From assembly GCA_002794465.1 (NCBI GenBank), contig MTSL01000072.1, forward strand, positions 82,257 through 96,051: 13,795 nt of DNA, in the 5' to 3' direction. The notes under the pieces were generated by a model. It saw nothing but the letters and a program-made list of their open reading frames with translations, was not told where the DNA came from and did not search any database. Positions 7,358 through 13,795 of the stretch are shown here, one piece after another. Source of the DNA: Paramicrosporidium saccamoebae KSL3 (lineage: Eukaryota; Fungi; Cryptomycota). How positions within the stretch are numbered: position 1 is the first letter of the stretch; each line of letters opens with the position of its first letter. A program made the position numbers and the translations under genes.

Positions 7358-9714
7358 TTAGGTCAAGCCATAGCGGATGGCATCCAGTGTTCCTCCTTGA
7401 GCCGATTCAGTCATGGCCTCGAATAGATTCCTTCGAATCTCCTTCAAGGCCTTCTCCACTGCAACCTCGGCTTCTGCGTCAATTCTAATGTAGAGACGTC
7501 TCTGTCCATCCTTTAACAATTTCCCTTGCGGCATAAACTCGCCCTTGACGGAAAGAATGGCGCCTGCAAAGTCCATAATGACACTTAATGTGTCTTTGTG
7601 AGTGACTTTGTAGCGCGCAGCCTGTGGGTAATCATTGACATCAAACTCGGCAAAGTACGACTTGGGCACTGGTGCGCCGCCGGCAGTGGCTGGACGATCG
7701 TATATGGCCATCACCTCGCCAGAGAGGCTGGTAGATGACTTGTACCGTGCATTTAGCGTGGCCAGCGGATCAAGCTTTTCTTCCTCATCACCACCAACCT
7801 GGGTGACTTTTTCGTTGATTTGCCGAAGGGCTGCCATCAGTTCCGGCGTCAAGCCAGCGCCAACATTGCGGTTCACAATCTTTGCACTGGTCCCTTCTGT
7901 GCGTGCCTTTTTGCGATCTACTCCTGTTGCTGCGGCCAGTACCTCTTCCTCTTCATCACTGGACAGCTCCTGATCTCCACCCATCAGCATCTTTTGCGTC
8001 TTTTTCATCCGCTCGTGTTCTTCGTCAATCCGTTCCAGTCCCTTTCCTCCAAAGCCGCTTCCCACTGTTTGCACTTGGCCAGCCTTGAGTTTCTCCAGGA
8101 AGCCATCTACAAGTCTCTGAAGCGTACTCGGTACATGGGCATTGCTTGCTTTGAGGGCCTTTACAATCTCCGGGGCATATCTCTCCTGGTCAGGAGATAT
8201 GAACGTGATGGCAGTTCCTTTATTCCCCGCCCTTCCTGTCCGTCCCACCCGATGTACATAGTCTTCCATGTGGTTGGGACATTCATAATTGATCACTAGC
8301 TTTAAATCCTTTACATCAAGTCCGCGTGCCGCAACCGAGGTAGCAATCAAAATCGGAATGATCCCGGACTTGAAGTCTGAAATGGCGCAATCACGATCAG
8401 CTTGATCCTTGCCTCCGTGCAGACTGTTGCAGTGGTATCCACGACGTATCAAGTCTTTTAATAAACTGTCCGTAGCATCTTGGCGATCCACAAAAATGAG
8501 AATTCGATTGGACTTTGTCTCGTACCATCGACCGAGAACATCTAACAATTTCAAAAACTTGCTCTCCTCATCAACAACCTCGACAAGTTGCTCAATATCT
8601 GAAGACACTGTGCTCCTCAGTCCAACCACAATCTCTAGCGGCTTTACTAGAATCTTTCTGGCCAGTGCTTCCATTGTCTGAGGAAATGTGGCGGAAAATA
8701 GGACGGCCTGTTTATCAGGCCTAATGTTAGCCACAATCTTTAGTACCTGCGGGCCAAAGCCCATATCAAACATGCGATCCGCCTCATCAAGGACAAGGTA
8801 GGTGATGCGTTTCAAATTAGTCACTCGGCCTGAATTTGCCAGTAAGAGGTCAATGAATCTGCCTGGTGTACAAATTATAATTTCGGCCCCGCGTTTTAAA
8901 TCTGCAATTTGATCCTTGATGGGCGCGCCGCCATATGCACAGACGACACGCAGCCCAAGTGCATTTGTGAATTTGCGGCATTCACTATATGTCTGCATTG
9001 CAAGTTCACGAGTCGGTGTCATTATGAGCCCAATTGGGCCGTCATTCATGGACAGTGCAGATTGATCAAGTACATGCCTGATCATGGGCAGCAAGAAGGC
9101 AATAGTCTTTCCGCTCCCAGTTCTAGCAATGCCAATGACGTCTCGTCCACTCATAATGGCCGGAATGGCTTGGGCTTGGATGGGAGTGGGCTTTTCATAG
9201 CCGCATTTCTTAATAATATCCAGCCTAAATGAATGAGCAAAAGGCCATTTTCTTACACTCGCTGGTTCAGTCCACAATGGGTCCATTTCCTAATGGGACG
9301 AGGACATTTCAGTCCGCGGATTTTTATTCCGTCCAATTCGTTCCGGTAAGAAATAACTTCTTCCTCTGTCATCCTCGTAACCTCTGCTGACTCCACATAG
9401 AAATCCTTTCGGAATGGCTGATACTTGACACCCTCATGATCCACCTGGTTTATATCCTTCTTCTTTGCCTTTTTCTGTGCTAACCTAAAAGCATGAGAAT
9501 TTACAGTCTGGATGTACGCCAGCATTTCCTCGACGCTCAGGTTCTTTAGCATTTCACTGTCCACTTGCACATCGTCTTCACTCTCACTGACCTCCTCCTC
9601 ATCGCGACTGACAATAGGCAAATCATTCGTATTCTTACCAGCAGTTCCCAGCAGCGCAACCTCTTGGTCGATTCCGGCCATATACGCGTCCAACGGATCC
9701 ACCTCGTCTGCCAT
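7358..9714 (-). CDS. PRP5: Pre-mRNA-processing DEAD-box ATPase Prp5/DDX46; complement(join(7358..9224, 9257..9484, 9518..9714)), 763 aa
   Basis: N-terminal DPLDAYM motif, VDH...Y..FRKDFY, Q motif GYEKPTPIQ, ARTGSGKT, PTRELA, DEAD, SAT, HRVGRTGR, and a C-terminal KH-like segment EFDVNDYPQAARYKVT. The joined exon length of 2292 nt is a multiple of 3. Confidence 0.95.
9225..9256 (-). other. Spliceosomal intron (32 nt) in PRP5
   Basis: GTAAGA...TTTAG on the minus strand. It joins W.HCGLNQRV to LDIIKKCGYEKPTPIQ and removes a stop. Confidence 0.93.
9485..9517 (-). other. Probable in-frame, stop-free intron (33 nt) in PRP5
   Basis: GTACAT...TTTTAG matches the local intron size and ends. Removal gives EEMLALAQKK; retention inserts YIQTVNSHAFR. 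Confidence 0.65.
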
Positions 9715-9752
9715 TACGATTAAATAATTATTGAGCGAAAGTGGTTAAGAAG

Positions 9753-9792
9753 GAGTATTAGAGAGAGTATGAAGAAGAGTATTAGAGAGTAT
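9753..9792. repeat. Short direct repeat upstream of the PRP5 start
   Basis: GAGTATTAGAGAGAGTAT (9753-9770) and GAGTATTAGAGAGTAT (9777-9792) differ by one AG dinucleotide. Confidence 0.8.
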
Positions 9793-9983
9793 ACCCTATC
9801 GCTATATCACCATGTCATCATGTCAACACATCAGCTTATAATAATACCTGCGGGCCAAAGATAGAGAAATTTTACTTCAAAGCCCTCGGTAATAGGTATG
9901 TATTGCAAATCTTACACGAATCAAATCGCACGGATCGGATTGTGCGCAGGTTAAATCTCAAACAGATTAAACCTCAATTTTAT

Positions 9984-10719
9984 TCAAAAAAAATCTTCCT
10001 CAAATTTCTTGGGATCGACGGGGCCGGTGCGCTTGTTTGTGGACATGTTAGAGTCGGAAAAGACAGTTTTGTAGCTTTGAAGTTCATCTTGTTCAGCCTT
10101 ACGACGACGGTCCTGATCTTCCATTGCCTTACGACGGCTCTCCTCATCTTTGCGGCGTTTCTTTTCGGCAGCTATGCGTGCAGACTTTTCAGCATCATAG
10201 TCAATTTTCTTGTCTTCTTTGGTTTTGTTCAGACGATTCACAATTTCATTAATGCGCCGTTCCACCTTTGTATAACGCAGCTACAAGATTATGAATCGAG
10301 TTAGCACGTACAAGTTTGTTGTTGAAGAATGCAACCTGACCGACATCAAAGCCATTCTCCTTGCGGAGGTTGCTAGCTGGCGTGTAGACAACCTTGACGC
10401 CATTATTCTTGTTTCCCTCAATGCTGTTTGCCTTTACCAGCTGCGCACAGTCGATGAGCACATCCTCAGGGATAGTGTCGAGTGTCCAACCACTCTGGGG
10501 CTTTAGATATACGTGAGCAGAGCTAAGGTCGTCGACATGGAACCTAGGATTACTTCACAAAGCATTGTATATACCAAAAATCTTCCGCTTCAGCGTACTT
10601 GATAAGATCCTCGTCTAGTGATTAGAGCAATGATTGCGGGCTGTACTCTCATACTTGTCCCTTCCCACGTATATTTTGGCTGGAGGGTTGCAAACAGAAC
10701 TAGAAAAGAAAAAGACCAT
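9984..10719 (-). CDS. CCDC25: CCDC25/Jlp2 family (NFACT-R/DUF814 domain) protein; complement(join(9984..10280, 10312..10543, 10575..10614, 10647..10719)), 213 aa
   Basis: Spliced translation MVFFFSS...IYVGRDKYENEDLIKY...DFWFHVDDLSSAHVYL...DCAQLVKANSIEGNK...VVYTPASNLRK....VGQV.F...INEIVNRLNKTK...SNMSTN...FEEDFF. The exon total of 642 nt is in frame. Confidence 0.95.
10281..10311 (-). other. Spliceosomal intron 3 (31 nt) of CCDC25
   Basis: GTACGT...TGTAG; joins the 10249..10461 and 9984..10265 ORF frames. Confidence 0.9.
10544..10574 (-). other. Spliceosomal intron 2 (31 nt) of CCDC25
   Basis: GTATAT...CCTAG; restores the conserved D.WFHVD motif. Confidence 0.93.
10615..10646 (-). other. Spliceosomal intron 1 (32 nt) of CCDC25
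   Basis: GTACAG...CTAAT...ACTAG; restores the conserved DKYENEDL motif. Confidence 0.93.
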
Positions 10720-10826
10720 GGTCCAATCGCGGTAACCCTTGTCCCGACGGATAAATATGAAGCATGACATATGGATCAGACCCGTTCTGTAAGAGATAAA
10801 TAAAGAAATGGCATGAATAATGCTGC

Positions 10827-12712
10827 ATGGATGAGACTAATTTTATTCCTCCGCCAACAATAGCAACCGTGTCTCGCAAGCGTCCAGTGCTAGACCCGCC
10901 CAGCAGTCTTCACTCAATTCCCAACAACGAGCCGATAGCATCCAATGTGACTTTCATAAAGTCAGTGAACATGCCAGTGGAAGCCACCCAGTCTCCTCTG
11001 GAATCATCTATGAGTCGACGGCCTAATGGAATGGCGCCTCCACCACCACCACCAACAGAACAGGAAACATCCATATTCTGTGATGACGAACTACGCCAAA
11101 TGGAGCGCCTGGTGATGGACTTTCGAGGTCGCTATCTAAATCTAGCAGGGAGCTATCGCTCAATGCAGCAGGAATTTGGGACATGCCGCTCCCAGCTGTC
11201 AGTGGTAGAGCATGGTTGGGAGACGGAGCGTGGATCAGTGCAAAGAGCTCATGCAATTTCACAAGAGATTCACAAACGCATAGGGACTCTTTGGGAAAGG
11301 TAACCATTCGACGTTTCCGTTAATCTAGACTCGAAAAAATGTCCTCGTATAAAGAATTGATCTCAGAAAAGGGTCGGAATATTCAGGATCTGGTTGAATC
11401 ATTACAAGAGGTCAAGCTACGCATGGCAGAACGAGTTGGCCAACTGGAGGAAAAATTGACAGAAACTGAAAAATCAAAGACAGAACTGGAAGAGCGAATA
11501 AACTCTTGCAGCACTGCACATGAGCAAACTGTAGGAATACTTGATGCACAGTTGCAAGACTTTAAAAAAGCTGTCCTTCAGCTCGAAGACGAGAAGCACC
11601 AGTTACATAGCCGGATCAGCTTGATTAATGAGGAATTGTCCGGGTGCAAAGAACGGAATGAAGAGCTTTGTATCGAATTGAACAGCAAATCTGAAGAATC
11701 TGGTACAAGTGGGCTTGATAACTATTATACCTCTAGGACGAATGAAGGAAGAGTTTCAGGAAAAGATAAAGGCAGTATTTGCCAAAGTGTCGAGTGCGCT
11801 ACAGTGCAAAGCCTCTAACAGCCTGGGAGACTATAGCCAGCCTGCTCTTGTCATTGCATTAACCGAAATCCTTCAGGAACACGAGGCAAGTGTAAAGTTG
11901 GCTCGTGATGAATTGTGTGAAAAGTCAACTGCAATGGAATCTGCCCTGAAGGAACAATTGTCGGGACTCTGTACGCTGGTACGCCCAACATTCATCTGTC
12001 ACCTGTAGTTGGAGAGTAAGGAAAAAAGATTGGAAAAACTCGAACCACTCCTCGTAGAACTAGAAATGGACAAGGATTCAAAGAATGGCTTGATCAAGAA
12101 GCTCGAAAAGCGTATCACGGAGCAACAAATGGAATCTGGAGCCAGCGCAGCTAAACTGGCCGATCTTCAAAAACTCCGGCTCCGTGCGGGCCTCCTGGAC
12201 GACGCTATGAATCACGAGGCAAGTGAGATGGATTATGAAGATATAAAGTCTATTCTGAATGTAAGAAAATTTATTGACCTTGTGATCTTAGGAACGATTG
12301 AGTCATGACAAATGTAATGTTGAAGTGTGTCAATTAAAGATGCGCTTGGACGAAGTTCTTAGAGCCAAAGATCAACTGCAAGAACAATATCAGCGACACT
12401 GCAAAGACTCTGAAGAGCGGGAGAAGAAGCTTCATGAGAAAATTTCGTCGCTCACAAGCGTGCCAGTCGTTCGCAAAGAAAAGGACAAGGCTGTCGAGGG
12501 GCTGATCGAATTGATTGAAAAGGATACACAGGAGCTCTTGGTACCTTCACATACTGTCCTCTTATGCTTGGTAGAGTATTCCACGTCCTGCAACCGTAGG
12601 TGCGACTCGTAATACTCGCTCTCGAGCAAAGCCTTCCAACCGATACAGAAAGAAATCACCTTTATCGAACCACTCTGAAATGGACTTGTGGGCGGTATTT
12701 ACCAAAAAATAA
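10827..12712 (+). CDS. Uncharacterised long coiled-coil protein; join(10827..11299, 11329..11702, 11737..11978, 12009..12260, 12292..12540, 12575..12712), 575 aa
   Basis: Five successive ORF fragments are joined in frame by five 29-34-nt GTA..TAG introns (total 1728 nt). The product has a Pro/Ser-rich N-terminus (PPPPPP), an E/K/L/Q-rich heptad-like core and a basic tail. I do not recognise the family. Confidence 0.8.
11300..11328 (+). other. Intron 1 (29 nt) of the coiled-coil gene
   Basis: GTAACC...TTAAT CTAG; joins WER to LEKMSSYK in frame. Confidence 0.85.
11703..11736 (+). other. Intron 2 (34 nt) of the coiled-coil gene
   Basis: GTACAA...TCTAG; joins SEESG to RMKEEFQ. Confidence 0.85.
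11979..12008 (+). other. Intron 3 (30 nt) of the coiled-coil gene
   Basis: GTACGC...TGTAG, phase 0. A second GTACGC at 11971 would be out of frame. Confidence 0.8.
12261..12291 (+). other. Intron 4 (31 nt) of the coiled-coil gene
   Basis: GTAAGA...CTTAG, phase 0; joins SILN to ERLSHD. Confidence 0.88.
12541..12574 (+). other. Intron 5 (34 nt) of the coiled-coil gene
   Basis: GTACCT...GGTAG, phase 0. It opens a 45-codon terminal exon ending TAA 12710-12712. Unspliced reading would instead stop at 12612. Confidence 0.65.
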
Positions 12713-12967
12713 ACTCGAATCACCAAAGCCCAAGCCTTGGTCTAATCAAACTTGAGATAGGTTAGTACCACAAATATTTTAGAGCACTGCGCGGGTATAA
12801 TGTGGACGCTGTGTAAAGTCTTTATTGATACTGCTATCTAAGGATGATCCGTGAGCTTAGGACGTGTTACTAAAAATGAAAATGTCACAACAGCGTCTGA
12901 TCAGCCAATCACAACCGCAAAATCGTAACCCTTATTAGGAAACAGTCTGGGTGGCGTTGCTTGGCCA

Positions 12968-13030
12968 TTGTTATATTCCAAACAAACTTCCCATAGACGC
13001 TGGGGGGAAGTTGATTGAGGAATAGAACAA
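12968..13030. other. Imperfect inverted repeat / potential hairpin
   Basis: TTGTT/AACAA, TATTCC/GGAATA and AACTTCCC/GGGAAGTT form nested stems (19 bp in total) with an internal loop AAACA/GATTGA. Confidence 0.5.
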
Positions 13031-13094
13031 GCTCGTTGGATCAATTACTTTTGATTTAGATTCGCATAAATTCGCACATTGACTATAGGAAGCC

Positions 13095-13795
13095 ATGTTC
13101 GCCCGTTCCCTCTTGCTACTAGCCTTGCTACAGAGTGCACATCTGCTGCCTGATGTCCACAAAGGAGTGCGTCTGGTGTGTGGTGCTGACTGTTTAGGTG
13201 TATAAAAAGTTTGCCGGTGGTGAAAAAGGGGCCTTCTTAGTTACCTTCAAGGGTGCAAACCTGGATGCCGCGCACAAGCCAAATGCCATGCTCAAGTTGG
13301 CCGAGATGGAACAAAAGGTTATTCGGGGTCTGACCGCAAACCAGTTTGTTGCTAGTGGCGACTATCATGACATGCGAGGAGAGTATGTACATAAGCAGGT
13401 TGAGAATCACCACAAGCAGACCCGCCAGTGGCTACAAGAGTCCTTCCCAAAGGCGCAGATTATCTCGTCCGTCCCCATCTCAAACTCGTTCATGGTTGTC
13501 TCTGACCGGGAAGACTTGAAGAGACTGGAGACGGAGGAAATGGTCTTGGAAATCCACACAAATGACTCGTTCAAGATTGCCCTCCCTTCCCGTAAGCAAG
13601 CCGAGGAGAAGGAAACCGAATCCCTACCGGGACGGCTGGAAGCCATGGAAAAAAGAAGGGGACAGCAGGTTCAGTGGAACATTGCCAAGATTGGAGCAAA
13701 CTCTGTTTGGCAGATGGACCAGAATCGTGGAAGAGGACAAGGAATTGTGTACGCCATTGCTGATACGGGAGTTGAATTTGAACATCCCAACATTA
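13095..13795 (+). CDS. Secreted subtilisin-family (S8) serine protease precursor, bacillopeptidase F-like; 3'-partial; join(13095..13166, 13198..>13795)
   Basis: Hydrophobic signal-like N-terminus MFARSLLLLALLQSA, then a ~150-aa pro-region and dibasic KRR (13651-13659). It continues VQWNIAKIGA..VW and G.GIVYAIADTGVEFEHPNI with the catalytic Asp at 13762-13764. It is missing from the ORF track because it runs off the window. Confidence 0.9.
13167..13197 (+). other. Spliceosomal intron (31 nt) in the S8 protease gene
   Basis: GTGCGT...GCTGAC TGTTTAG, phase 0; links the signal-peptide exon to the long open frame. Confidence 0.88.

Noticed and set aside
7635-9232. Plus-strand ORFs opposite PRP5
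   Set aside because: They are antisense shadows; the Ser-rich runs mirror the Glu/Asp codons of PRP5.
9715-9900. Upstream coding exon for PRP5 via GTATAC..GGCAG
   Set aside because: No open upstream frame with an ATG joins in phase; the intron would be long and end in CAG, unlike local introns.
9841-9950. U1 snRNA-like look (ATAATACCTG..., ATTGCA, small CGCAC/GTGCG hairpin)
   Set aside because: It lacks the invariant ACTTACCTG 5' end, the U1-70K loop (GATCACGAAG) and an Sm site.
9903-10506. Plus-strand ORFs 9903..10304 and 10291..10506
   Set aside because: They are antisense to CCDC25; the hydrophobic look derives from the complement of Lys/Glu/Arg codons.
12781-13075. Short matches to U4 (GCGCAGTG on minus, ~12785-12792) and U5 (GATTCGCATAAAT, ~13059-13071) and a C/D-like CTGA at 12897
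   Set aside because: These are isolated 8-13-nt matches. There is no U5 loop I (GCCTTTTAC), no U4/U6 pairing context and no properly placed box C.
11023-13646. Minus-strand ORFs 11023..11307, 12432..12659, 12971..13162 and 13407..13646
   Set aside because: They lie opposite the coiled-coil and S8 genes and contain no motifs.
1-13795. tRNA, rRNA, transposon, integrase or prokaryotic operon features
   Set aside because: I saw no cloverleaf with T-loop/B-box, rRNA-like tracts, transposase/RT motifs, terminal inverted repeats or Shine-Dalgarno-organised operons.

Overview
This is a very compact eukaryotic (fungal-like) genomic window, not prokaryotic. Nine protein-coding genes are separated by gaps of only about 8-380 bp, and several are split by ultra-short (29-36 nt) GT..AG introns that the ORF track does not model. 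In order, the genes are: a 5'-partial DEAH helicase (DHX33/Dhr2-like, +), a strongly shortened APC1-like PC-repeat protein (+), EMG1/NEP1 (-), ALKBH1/Abh1-like dioxygenase (-), MED6 (+), PRP5/DDX46 (-, 2 introns), CCDC25/Jlp2 (-, 3 introns), an unrecognised 575-aa coiled-coil protein (+, 5 introns) and a 3'-partial secreted S8 subtilisin resembling bacillopeptidase F (+, 1 intron; absent from the ORF track). The compaction and tiny introns suggest a reduced early-diverging fungal or microsporidia-related (Rozellomycota-like) genome; this is inference only. I found no evidence for a new multi-gene system, mobile element, CRISPR array, tRNA or rRNA. The best leads are the TAG-only micro-intron signature, the mini-APC1 with an odd duplicated 5' end, the orphan coiled-coil protein, the bacterial-type secreted protease, the near-abutting divergent ALKBH1/MED6 starts, and two unexplained intergenic elements (a ~37-bp minisatellite and a hairpin-rich 382-bp gap). 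All protein family calls come from recalled motifs, not database searches.
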